A DNA stretch of 64,000 nt from Octopus bimaculoides (taxonomy: Eukaryota): positions 52,604,756 to 52,668,755 of the forward strand of contig NC_068990.1 in the NCBI RefSeq assembly GCF_001194135.2, written 5' to 3'. Numbering within the stretch: the first letter of the stretch is position 1; each line of letters opens with the position of its first letter. A model generated the notes under the pieces. The model worked only from the letters and a program-made list of their open reading frames with translations, searched no databases and was not told the DNA's origin. Positions 26,401-38,859 of this stretch are shown in pieces. Both the position numbers and the translations under genes were made by a program.

Positions 26401-28277
26401 GACAATGGACAAATTAATCACAGAATTCATAGTTATTCATTGGTCTCAAAAGCTGAATATTCTCTGTCAGACTCTTATCATAATACCTGATAGGAGGCAC
26501 TTTTGAGATCAAAGATGGAGAGGCATTCAATTCAGTATATTGCTTGATTGCCTGTGCATAACCTATACAAATGTCACTGGGTAGGATCCTTCACTACAAC
26601 CTGGGCTCACCATGGAGACATGCTCACACCAGTTGTATCTTCTCAGTAAATGTTGAATTTGCTCTGTAAATAAATCTTAATTGTCTTGATTTAGCAGCAA
26701 TTGACTTATAGCTTAGAGAAGTTTAGAAAAAGAGATAGCTCTTCTGTTTTTGCTGCAGCCCAATGCACAGTTAATTCAGAGACACTCTCTGTAATCAGAT
26801 TTCACTTGAGATGCTGATGCTGGAAATTTTGGCCACATCAAGACACACATCCTTCAATGTATGACTGGTTATTTATGCCAAGGGCTAGATCCACAACGAC
26901 CAGGTCCCTAGAACTGGTGTTGAAGCTTTTGGTAACCATAGTGATAAATTTACTGGATGGGTGAACTTTAGTTCTTGCACAACTTTCTCACTAAGGTAAC
27001 TATCAATGCAGTGAGAATTCAGGTGAGAACTTAATTTTTTCCCATTCACAGTTGTTGCTGCATCAGTGATTCTGTGTGGTATGTTAACTGGTGTGGTCAG
27101 TATATGAGAGCTGACTGCTGTTGCTTAATGAGGCCTTGGATTTTCACACACAAGCATAATGTATCTTCTTAGAACATTGCAAGTAGCCTTGCATTCTGGG
27201 TAGTTATCTTGTGAATGGTAAGAAGGATCACATTTCCTCCTCATATTATGATTGGTAGCCAGAACTGGTTCATTAAGAGCTACAGGAAATTTAAAAGAAT
27301 CTTCTCATAGATGTGATGGTTAAGGGTTCACTACTGCAAACATATAGGTCTCTGGAGTTGGGTATAATTACCTGCAGGATATGTGGAAATTCCACAGTTT
27401 AAATCAGCATATTTGAAAACATATTAAACACAAGTAAGAAATTTTGAAAAATTGTTTTGAAATCTTGCCATTTAATCAAAAGTATATCTATTCATATATC
27501 TCTATCTACATCTGTAGACTCACCTTTGTACCTATCTATCTTGAGTACATCTTTCTTGGGGATTATGCAAGCTGATTTATTCAGAATTTTGTCTTGGCAA
27601 TCTTCAATATAATTCATTGTCAATGTCTAAGCAGGTCTCTATGCTTGAATTGAAAAAATTGTGGTTTGTCTTACTCTTGTAGTTGTCTGGCCTCCTTCTG
27701 GAAATCCACAAGTAAGTACATTAAATAACATTACAATAGAACTATACTATATATTTAGCAAAGTTTGAATTTATGGAATTATTAAGTTTATAAATTCTTT
27801 CATATTATTAGCATTTCAATTACTTGCAGATTAAAAAGAAGCAGTATTTTTCTTTTGCTTTCTCCCTTATTGCATTTATTTTTCTAGTTTTGGTGAGTCT
27901 TATTCATTCCTATTGTACAACAAAAATGCAGATGGTTTATTGAAGTAATTGTTAATTAGAGGGGTATTTCTGCCAATTCAAGATCACTTACTTGTGAAAT
28001 ATACTTTGGAAATCAATGAACTTGTTATAATTTCTTTCTCCCTGTAACTGTTATTACACCATTTGAAATATTGTTTACTTTTCACTAAATACAAAGCCTT
28101 AAATTTTAAGTTGACAGGACTGGGCCTGTTGTGAAGTTCTTCTTTCTTTGAGGATTTGTAATATGAAGTACTTTCAATCAGGAATTGAAACCCTGTCACA
28201 TAATTTTGTGCTTTCCTCAATGTTACATTGGAGTTCATCTTATAACCATTTGTTTTTTTTTTCTTCTCGTATTTCAG

Positions 28278-28433
28278 TTGGACAAAATTGACACAGTTCC
28301 TAAACCTGAAGCAATGACTCATGAAATGTTTGCAGATTACTTCCCAGAGTCTGCTGTTAACCCAGATAAGCCAACTTTGTATCCACATACCAAGCAATAC
28401 CAACCAGAGAACATCAAAGATTTCCTTAAATAA
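28278..28433 (+). CDS. ATP5PD: ATP synthase subunit d: terminal coding exon (LDKIDTVPKPEAMTHEMFADYFPE...PTLYPHTKQYQPENIKDFLK*)
   Basis: Long polypyrimidine tract + AG at 28276-28277; 51 codons + TAA; resembles the subunit d C-terminus (QMTIEDLNEAFPE...YPYWPH). Confidence 0.93.
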   Translation: MDKIDTVPKPEAMTHEMFADYFPESAVNPDKPTLYPHTKQYQPENIKDFLK

Positions 28434-28511
28434 TTACTTCTTAGTAGATATATTTGAATTTTTGGATGATGAATGTAATGTTAGTTTTCTAGTTCTGTAT
28501 GACACAATCTA

Positions 28512-28517
28512 AATAAA
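28512..28517 (+). promoter_or_regulatory. Probable polyadenylation signal of ATP5PD
   Basis: AATAAA about 80 nt after the stop codon, followed by T-rich sequence. Confidence 0.6.
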
Positions 28518-28974
28518 GGCACTGGTTGGCAACATAATCTTCCAATATTTCCTTTTTAATTGAATTTAAAAGCATGTTAACTCCTTGTTTTAATTTTTCA
28601 CATCATCCTATTCTGTGTACTACCATATTTAACACTAACTCTTCCTAATTTATTTAATATAATTCACAAGTCTACCTCTATTTACAATCTTTCTCCCCTG
28701 ATTTTACTGTTCTCTCTTTATTCCTGTCGTGTCTCAGAAAGGGGCAGTCTTTCTGTCCTTCATTTGCCATGCACCCACCCATTTGTCTCCACCACCTATA
28801 CTGGAAATCTCTCCTCTCTGCCAGAAAACTTTTATGACAACACCCCAAATAGTCTCATCCACATTACTGTATGCATGAAAATGAGACTGCATCTTTTATT
28901 TAGTCATTTAAATTAACTATTCGTTCTCTTGACCTATAATGAATGAACCAAATCTCGTTTGTTCTTTGTTTTTT

Positions 28975-30115
28975 GTGCAGAAAAAACTTCTGTCACATTC
29001 CAGGGAGAAAAACTAGACGTAGTTGATAGCTTCTGCTATCTGGGTGACCAAGTTAGTAGTGAAGGAGGGTGCACTGAAAGTGTAGCTGCTAGAATAAGAA
29101 TAGCCTGGGCAAAGTTCAGAGAGCTCTTACCTCTGCTGGCGACTCACTCAGAGTAAAAGGCAGACTGTATGACGCATGTGTACAAACAGCCATGCTACAG
29201 GGCAGTGAAACATGGGCCGTGACTGCTGAGGACATGCGTTAGCTTGCAAGGAATGAAGCCAGTATGCTCCGATGGATGTGTAATGTCAGTGTCCATACTC
29301 GACAGAGTGTATGTACCTTGAGATAAAAGTTGGACCTAAGAAGCATCAGTTGAGAGACANNNNNNNNNNNNNNNNNNNNNNNNNNNNNNNNNNNNNNNNN
29401 NNNNNNNNNNNNNNNNNNNNNNNNNNNNNNNNNNNNNNNNNNNNNNNNNNNNNNNNNNNNNNNNNNNNNNNNNNNNNNNNNNNNNNNNNNNNNNNNNNNN
29501 TAGGCCTCACCGAGGCAATGACTTGTGACCAAGACCTTTGGAAATATGCTGTGCGTGAGAAGCCAAGTGAGACCAAAATCCAAGGCCTCTGCCAGGGATG
29601 TAGCCAGCCCACTTATGCATACCATTCCTTCATTGGACACTAAACTCCACTTGCGAAGACCTGTTGAGGCAAGTGAAATCGAAATCAAACTAAATTTGAC
29701 GACTGGCACCCATGCCAACGTCTTTTTCACTGAACACTAAATTCGGCTTGCAAAGACCTGTTGGGGCAAACGAAAGTGAAATCGTGATGGTACCTGTACC
29801 AGTGAAGGACTAAGAGCACCGTCCGAGCGTGATCGTTGTCAGAGCAGCTGTCTGGCTTCCGTGCCGGTGGCACGTAAATAGCACCATTTCGAGCATGGCC
29901 GTTGCCAATACTGCCTGACTAGCCTTCATGCCGGTGGCATGTAAAAGCAACCACTACACTCTCGGAGTGGTTGGCGTTAGGAAGGGCATACAGCTGTAGA
30001 AACTCTGCCAAATCATATTGGAGCCTGGTGTAGCCACCTGGTTCACCAGTCCTCAGTCAAATCGTCCAACCCATGCTAGCATGGAAAGCAGACATTAAAT
30101 GATGATGATGATGAT
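28975..30115 (+). mobile_element. RTE LINE, 5'-truncated, relatively young
   Basis: VVDSFCYLGDQV...AWAKFRELLPLL, 3' UTR and (GAT)n tail; N-gap inside. Confidence 0.92.
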
Positions 30116-30239
30116 GTTTATCAATGCTTGTATTGCACTCCCAATAGAGGCAGCAATTGTAACATGAGTAAATGATAGTAGCTTAATGTGAGAACTGATA
30201 TGTCATGTCTGTTGGCAAATGCTCGTTGAAACCTTTTTA

Positions 30240-32820
30240 GATGTTGAATGGGGCTCCCTCCCACTTTCTCAAAGTTGGCACTATTAATGTTGACATATTG
30301 AAAAGTAGGTCTGGCAAGTGCGTTGAAATGCTTAAATGGAGGGGAGCTTCAGCCAGGTTCCTCACAGTCAAGAAGTATAGGTATAAAATCTTCTGGGAAG
30401 ACAACAGTGATCGGGTAGGTGGCGTGGAAATAATTCTTAGCAGAGAAATGGGTGGAAGAGATGACTGAGGTAGAGTGTGCGATAGACTAATTAAGTTTAG
30501 GCGAGTTTTTCAGAATAGTACAGCAACAATTATCCCTACCTGTCTCCCAAGCGGGTCTGCTAAATGAAAAAAGGACATTTTTATTTTAATTTTTTGCGGG
30601 TTACCTCACCTTTGTGGCTGGTGATTTCAATGGACACGTTGGGCAGCACCTGAGTATCTTTCGTAGTGTACAGGGTGAACATGGAATTGGTTCCCAACAT
30701 GATGGGGGAACAAGGCTACTGGAGTTCTGTGATGTGAATAACCTAATGATATGCAACACCCACTTTAGAAAGCCAGCCATTCACCTGATTACCTATCAAT
30801 CAAGTGACCATGCTTGCAAGATTGAGTACATTCTCACCAGAAAGTGTGATACATTGTTGCTCATAGATGCAAAGACCTTCCCTGGTGAAGAATGTACCCA
30901 CCAACATAGATTAGTTATTAGCAACTTAATACTAGAAGGATTCCAAGAAGCAAAGCTGTCTGGAAAAGAAGTATTTGGAAGCTTAAGGATCGTTAGAGAT
31001 TTAGGTATGCCCTAATTGAAAGATTTAATGAAGAGGAACTAGACTTGTAACATAGATGGCAACTGGGAGTTACTACGAGACAGCTTGCTGAGTGCCACAG
31101 ACCAAATATGTAGCTGGTGCAAAGTCCCAACAAACCTAAGGTGATGTAGTGGTAGAACAGTCTTGTAGACAAGGCCATCAGAGTGAATAAATTATATCAG
31201 ATAGCTAGGAGGGAGATTAGAAGACACACTTAGCCAGGGGATGAGCAGAAAGGAGGAAATTTGCCAATGTTTTGTGGAATGAGATTTTCGGATTACAAGA
31301 CAGTGCGTCAGAGTAAATCCTGATATGGCAGGAGAGAAGTGTATTCACATGGATGATAGCTCACTTGCAGTTAGTGATTCTGTAAAGGGGGCTTGCAAGT
31401 GCCACTATGACAGATTGCTAAATGTAGAGGATGCATGGGAGGAGAGCCTGCCTAATGTGAACCCAACAGAGGGGCCAGTTGTCTGAATTGATAGTAACTT
31501 AGTAGATAAAGCAAAAGTTTAAAAGGACACTGGCCCATCAGGAATCGCTACTAAGATGCTTAATATTGGGTTGGCAACTAAGTTCCCGCCATTAAAAAAA
31601 AATTTTGTAATCTATTTTGTTTTTTTTCTAGTTAATTTTTGCTTATTTTCAGGTCATTAAAATGGAATGTCAAGCTAAGAAAAACAAGCATTTTCGACAC
31701 CTTCTTTTTGCTTTTAATCAAGGTTCTAAGGCCGCAAAAGCTGCTTGCGACATTTGTGTTGTGTATGCAGAGAGTGCCATAGCTGAAAGAACCACTTGTG
31801 ATTGGTACGCCAAGTTCAAAAATAGAAATTTTGACCTCAAAGACACACTTTGTTCTGGCTGGTCAGTTGAGTTTAATGAAGAGCAATTATACCAACTTTT
31901 GCACGAAAATTATTGTCAAACGACAAGGGAACTGGCAGAAAAAATTGAATGCTCCCACACTGCTATAGAGAAACATGCCCACCAGAAACAAAAATCAACA
32001 AGCCACAATCTCTGCTGGTTTGCTTGCTTGTCACCGCCCAACTCATGGACACAAGCAATGATTTCTTTACCTAATCATTACTAGTGATGAAAAATGGTGC
32101 CTGTCCATCAATATGAAGCAGAGTAAGTAATGGCTTAGCCCCGGTAAACAAGTGACACCGCACGTGAAACAAGATCTTCATCTGCGTAAAACGATGTTGT
32201 GCATATGGTGGGATTGGGAAGGGATTATCCATTAGGAATTGCTTGAATGGAACCAAACGGTCAACGCGGAACTCTATGTTCAACAAATGGAACAACTTAA
32301 AATGGATGTTCAAGAGAAAATGCCTAATCGGCAGCATGGAGTTCTGCTGCATGACAATGCCTGCCCTTATATCACCAATATGACTAAGGAAGCCATTCAA
32401 ATGCATGGCTGAGAAGTGCTGCCACATCCGCCGTACTCTCTTGATTTGGCACCAACAGATTTCCATCTCTTTCAAATGCTATGTGCGGAGTTTTGTTCAA
32501 TACTGATGCAGAATTGAGAGCCTGGTTGGATCAATTTTTCAAGTTGAAATCAGGTGATTTCTACTAATGAGGTATTGAAAATCTTGTTGAATGTTGGGAA
32601 GAAGGGTGAATACATTATTAATTAGTTATTATTTTTTATTAAACCTTTTAAAAAAATTAAATTTTTTAAAAATGGCGGGAACTTAGTTGCCAACTCAATA
32701 TATCTGGCTGTTCAATGATTGGTGTAGCAGTCAACTGCTACAAAGGCATCAAATTGCTGGACCAGGTGATTAAAGTTACAGAAGAGGTCACAGCTAAACT
32801 ACTTAGGGAGAGAGTTAGCC
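30240..32820 (+). mobile_element. RTE LINE 5' portion (apurinic endonuclease domain), interrupted by a mariner at 31566-32698
   Basis: KVGTINVDILK, AGDFNGHVG, LLEFCD..NL..CNTHF, ILTR, EECTHQHRLV; RTE sequence resumes at 32701. Confidence 0.85.
31566..32698 (+). mobile_element. Mariner transposon (Hsmar1/cecropia-like), defective
   Basis: 28-bp TIRs ttgggttggcaactaagttcccgccatt (1 mismatch), TA on both sides; ECQAKKNKHFRH, ITSDEKW, LLHDNA, HPPYSLDLAPTDFHLF. Confidence 0.93.
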
Positions 32821-34506
32821 NNNNNNNNNNNNNNNNNNNNNNNNNNNNNNNNNNNNNNNNNNNNNNNNNNNNNNNNNNNNNNNNNNNNNNNNNNNNNNNN
32901 NNNNNNNNNNNNNNNNNNNNNNNNNNNNNNNNNNNNNNNNNNNNNNNNNNNNNNNNNNNNNNNNNNNNNNNNNNNNNNNNNNNNNNNNNNNNNNNNNNNN
33001 NNNNNNNNNNNNNNNNNNNNNNNNNNNNNNNNNNNNNNNNNNNNNNNNNNNNNNNNNNNNNNNNNNNNNNNNNNNNNNNNNNNNNNNNNNNNNNNNNNNN
33101 NNNNNNNNNNNNNNNNNNNNNNNNNNNNNNNNNNNNNNNNNNNNNNNNNNNNNNNNNNNNNNNNNNNNNNNNNNNNNNNNNNNNNNNNNNNNNNNNNNNN
33201 NNNNNNNNNNNNNNNNNNNNNNNNNNNNNNNNNNNNNNNNNNNNNNNNNNNNNNNNNNNNNNNNNNNNNNNNNNNNNNNNNNNNNNNNNNNNNNNNNNNN
33301 NNNNNNNNNNNNNNNNNNNNNNNNNNNNNNNNNNNNNNNNNNNNNNNNNNNNNNNNNNNNNNNNNNNNNNNNNNNNNNNNNNNNNNNNNNNNNNNNNNNN
33401 NNNNNNNNNNNNNNNNNNNNNNNNNNNNNNNNNNNNNNNNNNNNNNNNNNNNNNNNNNNNNNNNNNNNNNNNNNNNNNNNNNNNNNNNNNNNNNNNNNNN
33501 NNNNNNNNNNNNNNNNNNNNNNNNNNNNNNNNNNNNNNNNNNNNNNNNNNNNNNNNNNNNNNNNNNNNNNNNNNNNNNNNNNNNNNNNNNNNNNNNNNNN
33601 NNNNNNNNNNNNNNNNNNNNNNNNNNNNNNNNNNNNNNNNNNNNNNNNNNNNNNTTGTTTTCTTTATTTTTGAAACTAGGTGTTACATGAGGTCTAAATT
33701 ACACACATACACACGCATTAAAATACATTAAATAAATTATCAAGATTGTTGCAGAAAAGAAAATTATTTTTTGGCAAAAGGCATCCGTCCCTTGTTACAA
33801 TTGAGTCAGTTAAACTGAAAATCTTAAACTTTGCTGGCATAGAAGGGCGACTTTGATCTGGCTGATTCTTTCTAATCAACCTCTGTTTAGATACTGCTTG
33901 ATCTATTCCGCAAATGATCATTTTTCAATTTATCTGCTGATCCTGTCAAAAACTTTGTTCTCTCTGTGGTACTTTTTTGTCTCTACTACAACTGCAGTTT
34001 TTAAATGAGTTGCGCTTGCAACAGGAAATGTGAAATCTTTTGTTGCATTGTTTTTAAACACTTTATACTTTGTTTGAAACAATGGCAAATTTTCTCTATT
34101 TTTCACAGATTTTAGGTTTAACTGACTCAATCGTAATATAAGAGATGAATGCCTTTTGCCAAAGAATTATTTTTTCTGCTACAATCTTGACAATTTGTTC
34201 AATTGAAGAATCTTTCTTAACTGCATTCTTTTCTTTTTCTTGTTAAAAAAAAACAAAACACATTTTAGTACATCCTTATAAGTTGGCAAAACTCATTCGC
34301 AAAGATCACATGGAGTACCAGATATTAGGCTTTCAATATCATGACGTGTTATTGGCTTATGAGTCATCACTCAATGTAAACAACACTAAATTTAATACAA
34401 TGGCCTAAAGTCATGGTACAAAGCAGAAAACTTCACATGCGAAGATCAAAGTCCTAATATGTAGGAAAACAGACTAATCAGACCCCTTCTGGAAGATGGC
34501 CCTGCT

Positions 34507-34606
34507 NNNNNNNNNNNNNNNNNNNNNNNNNNNNNNNNNNNNNNNNNNNNNNNNNNNNNNNNNNNNNNNNNNNNNNNNNNNNNNNNNNNNNNNNNNNNNN
34601 NNNNNN
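34507..34606. other. Assembly gap of exactly 100 N (possibly of unknown size)
   Basis: Other N-runs: 3013-3599, 4547-4556, 12559-12825, 19773-19960, 21052-21613, 29360-29500, 32821-33654, 35743-36032, 38740-38808, 58710-58719. Confidence 0.9.
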
Positions 34607-34607
34607 C

Positions 34608-34646
<39 letters not shown>

Positions 34647-34678
34647 TACATACATAATATATACACATGTATATATGT

Positions 34679-34765
34679 ATAAAGAGACCAATGGCAAAGT
34701 TAGAAATATATTTGTAAGACTTTATCCATAAAATATATTTCTAACTTTGCTATTGGTCTCTTTAT
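34679..34765. repeat. Near-perfect palindrome, 35-bp arms, 17-nt loop
   Basis: Arms 34679-34713 and 34731-34765; 34 Watson-Crick pairs + 1 G:T. Confidence 0.95.
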
Positions 34766-34932
34766 CCTTTTCTCTTTATACATACACACACTAATACACA
34801 ACCTATGTTATATTCCCCACTCATGTTTATACAACGAAAGGGGCAAAACTAGTCGGTATACAGCACTTACTTGGTATTACCTGTATCTTTGGGCTTGGTT
34901 GAATCCAATACCCTTCATAACCTTAACACATA

Positions 34933-34980
<48 letters not shown>

Positions 34981-35044
34981 CACACACACATACATACATA
35001 CACAATATATATATACATATTCACACATACATTACATATATATA

Positions 35045-36740
35045 CTAGCAGCTAAGCCCGGTTTCACCCGGTCAGAGAACAACGCGAAGAGAGAAACGAA
35101 GACATAAAAAAGAGGAAGAAGTGGATACGAAGTGGTGTTTGGGCGATGGATTTTGGTAGACAAAAAAGAATGTCATGGTGAGTTAGTAAGGAGAGCAAAG
35201 CAAGACTGGTCTAACATGGGCTGGCAGAACGATGAAAAAATTGCGGAGTTGAAATTAGAGCAGTTGAAGTTGCCGTTGTTATCATTGGAGTGCCTCTTGG
35301 TAGACAACATTCTTCGTCCTTCCCTTGGGTGGACAAATAGAAAGACTATGGGGACAGCCAACGTACAGTTGTGCGTGAGAATACTTGCTCTGTCAGATTC
35401 AAACCAACCGCTTGCACTGATTGTCCCTGCGCCTTGTTGATTGTCATCGGAAAGCAGAGTTTGATGGGAAATTGCATCTGTTTAAACTTGTAGGTCGTAT
35501 CGGAGTGGGTAAGGGACATGGGAATTATAAGTATGTCTTAGTCAGCGGCAGGTTCATTCAAAATTGTTGCCTACAGAACTCGGGAGCACAATTTTTTGAT
35601 AATCATCCGCGTACCATTGCACATTATTGGAGCATCTAAATTCCTTAGCAGCATGATTGGCGTGCCAACTTTCAGATGCAGTTTGTGAGCTGGTAGTTCT
35701 GCGGGTCCCCCCTTTTGTCATATTTGTCATGGGCCGGCCGGTNNNNNNNNNNNNNNNNNNNNNNNNNNNNNNNNNNNNNNNNNNNNNNNNNNNNNNNNNN
35801 NNNNNNNNNNNNNNNNNNNNNNNNNNNNNNNNNNNNNNNNNNNNNNNNNNNNNNNNNNNNNNNNNNNNNNNNNNNNNNNNNNNNNNNNNNNNNNNNNNNN
35901 NNNNNNNNNNNNNNNNNNNNNNNNNNNNNNNNNNNNNNNNNNNNNNNNNNNNNNNNNNNNNNNNNNNNNNNNNNNNNNNNNNNNNNNNNNNNNNNNNNNN
36001 NNNNNNNNNNNNNNNNNNNNNNNNNNNNNNNNTTCTAAGTTGTAAATTTTACCCGAGAAATAAAGCAAATAATCACCAAATGCATTGTTAAAAATCTGCA
36101 ACTCGATAGCAAATATCTCCAAATTGATTAGAAATGCATAAATTTAATAATAACAATGTTTTTGAGATTCCGGTTTGAATGACACGAGTGTTTTTGTTTC
36201 ACTTTTGACACGTAATACTTAAATAGTGGAGGAGATATGATGTTGCTGTGAGCTGGAAGTATGCAAGAAGTAAAAAAATTTTTTTGACTAAAACACAACC
36301 GGGACCCTAAGTAAGGCATGTGTAAAATTTGAATGAAATTGGTTGTGTAGTTCTGGAGTCTTAGGGATTCACACAGACACACACACACACAGGCAGACAT
36401 ACATTCTCAATTTTCTGGCACTTGTGCCCGTGACAGGTGTAAGGATTTTCGAGAGAGATCGTTGCCAGTGCCTCTGGACTGGCCTTCGTGCAGGTGACAT
36501 GTAAAAGCACCCACTACACTCCCTGAGTGGTTGGCGTTAGGAAGGGCATCCAGCTGTAGAAACTCTGCCAAATCAGATTGGAGCCTGGTGTAGCCATCTG
36601 GTTTCACCAGTCCTCAGTCAAATTGTCCAACCCATGCTACCATGGAAAGCGGACGTTAAACGATGATGATGATGATGACGATATATATACACACACACAG
36701 AGACATACATACATTCTCAATTTTATATATATATATATAT
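35045..36740 (-). mobile_element. Non-autonomous Helitron carrying a helicase C-terminal fragment
   Basis: On -: 3' hairpin ccgggtgaaaccgg followed by gcttagctgCTAG|T (35045-35048); helicase fragment KQMQFPIKLCFPMTINKAQGQSVQAVGLNL..QVFSHAQLYV; (CA)n-rich 5' end. Confidence 0.8.
36415..36679 (+). mobile_element. RTE 3'-UTR-only insertion
   Basis: gagtggttggcgttaggaagggcatccagctgtagaaactctgcc...catggaaagcggacgttaaacgatgatgat. Confidence 0.88.
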
Positions 36741-36756
36741 ACACACACACATACAG

Positions 36757-36791
<35 letters not shown>

Positions 36792-36804
36792 CATACACAT
36801 TTAA

Positions 36805-38370
36805 GTAAAGTAATTCCATCAGGAATCACTGCTGAGATGCTCTTAGAACCTGGTAGAGTGAGATATGACCTGGTCACCAATGCAATTAATCAGGTTGTCT
36901 ACGAGGCAGTCATACCCAACAATTTGTGTAGCAGCATTTGCTACAAAGGCAAGAGCAATGCTCTAGACACAAATAATTACAGAGGCATCAAATTGCTGGA
37001 CTAGGAGATGAGAGTTGCAGAAAAGGTCAGAGCTCAATTAATTAGGAATAGAGTTAGCATAGATGAGATGCAGTTTGGATTTGTGCTAGGGAGAAGCATC
37101 ACCAATGCTATTTTCCTGGTGAGGCAACTGCAGAAGAAGTACTTGGTCAAAAATACACCTCTGCATCTGGCTTTTGTGGACATGGAGAAAGCTTTTGACA
37201 GCATCTTCCACTCACTCACTCACCTGGGGGGCAATACAGAAGCTAGAGATAGATGACTGGTTGGTGGGAGCTGTACAAGCCATGTACAAGGATATTGTCA
37301 GTAAGGTGAGTGTTGCTAATGAGTATAGCAAAGAGTTTAGTGTACAAATTGGATCTTAGCCCTCTCTTGTTTATCATAGTCCTCCAAGTTATAATGTACA
37401 AATCACCGATCCTTTAAAGGAGATGGCCCTGCTTGATATGCAGAAAGGATGTCAGGAGAGACTCCATACAGTTTACTCAGTGCAAGCTATGGACACATAA
37501 GAGATGCAGTGATATCACTGGAAGACTAACAAAAAAAATAGTCTTTACATGTAGCAGATGTGCAGGTATATTAAATATCAGGAATAAACAAAAAATAGAC
37601 TTCCTATGTCAGGAAGGATCCCTAGAAGTAGTAGACAATTTCTGTAACTTAGGTGACCAAGTTAATAGTGGGGGAGGTTGTTCTGAAATCATAGCTGCCA
37701 GAATAATAGGCTAGGTGAAGTTAGTAACAAAGAGCCTCTCCCTCAGAGTGAAAGGCAGATTATATGATGCCCTTATATGAACAGCTATGCTACATTGCAG
37801 TGAAATAGACTATGACTGAGGATATGTGAAGGCTTGAAAGAAATGAAGCCTGTATGTTCTGCTGGATGGGTAATGTCAGTGTGCATATATGACAGTGTAA
37901 GTGACTCGAAAGAAAAACAAGGTATACAAGGTATCAGATGTAGTGTGCAAGAGAGAAGACTGTGCTGGTATGGTCATGTAATGCATATGAAGACAGTTGC
38001 ATAAAGAGGGAACATGTGGAAGGGGTAAACCCAGGAAGCTGTGGGACAAAGTAGTGAGGAAGCATCTTCAGATGTTGGGCCTCACAGAGGGGATGACATG
38101 AGACCGAGAAACCTGGCGGTTTGTTGTGCTTGAGGAAACATGCCAAACTAAGTAAAAGCATGGTTGTCATTGCATACAGACCTGTCCCTGCATCCTTCTC
38201 CAGCTGAGCATTCCTAAACTCGTGGGCTCATGGGTGTTGGTGCCACATAAAAAGCACCCATACTAGTGGTGTGTAAAAGCATCCACTACACTCTGTAAAG
38301 TGGTTGGGGTTAGGAAGGGCAAAAACAGACATAGAGCCTGGGCAGCTGGCCAGCTCCTGTCAAACCATTC
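36805..38370 (+). mobile_element. RTE LINE, degenerate (RT, PHD, C-terminus)
   Basis: NYRGIKLLD, QFGFV, AFVDMEKAFD, CRKDV..SIQFTQCKLWTHKRC...CSRC, LGDQV. Confidence 0.88.
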
Positions 38371-38435
38371 AACCCATGCATGCTAAGCAGTGTTGATGTA
38401 TGCATGCATAGACACATGTATACACATACATATAA

Positions 38436-38720
38436 ATCATCATCATCATCATTTAGTGTCTGTTCTCCATGCTGGCATGGGTTGGACAGTTTGATCAGGG
38501 CTGGTAAGTTGAGGGGCTGCACCAGACTCCACTACAATTTGGCATGGTTTCTATGGCTGGATGCTCTTCCTAACACCAACCACTCTGAGAGTGTAATGGG
38601 TGCTTTTATGTGCCAGTTTGCGTGACACCAGTATCTGCTACAACTGATTTCACTTGGCTTGATGGGTCTTCTCAAACACAAAATATTGGAAAGGTTTTGG
38701 TCATTTGTCATTGCCAAGAT
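38436..38720 (-). mobile_element. RTE 3' end fragment
   Basis: (ATC)n tail followed by the reverse complement of the RTE 3' UTR. Confidence 0.8.
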
Positions 38721-38808
38721 ATTTTGAACATATGGATATNNNNNNNNNNNNNNNNNNNNNNNNNNNNNNNNNNNNNNNNNNNNNNNNNNNNNNNNNNNNN
38801 NNNNNNNN

Positions 38809-38859
<51 letters not shown>

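Noticed and set aside
27524-27626. Minus-strand open segment (TLTMNYIEDCQDKILNKSACIIPKK...) ending in a GTGAGT donor
   Set aside because: Weak acceptor, no PDK1 similarity, and a stop in the frame needed to continue PDPK1.
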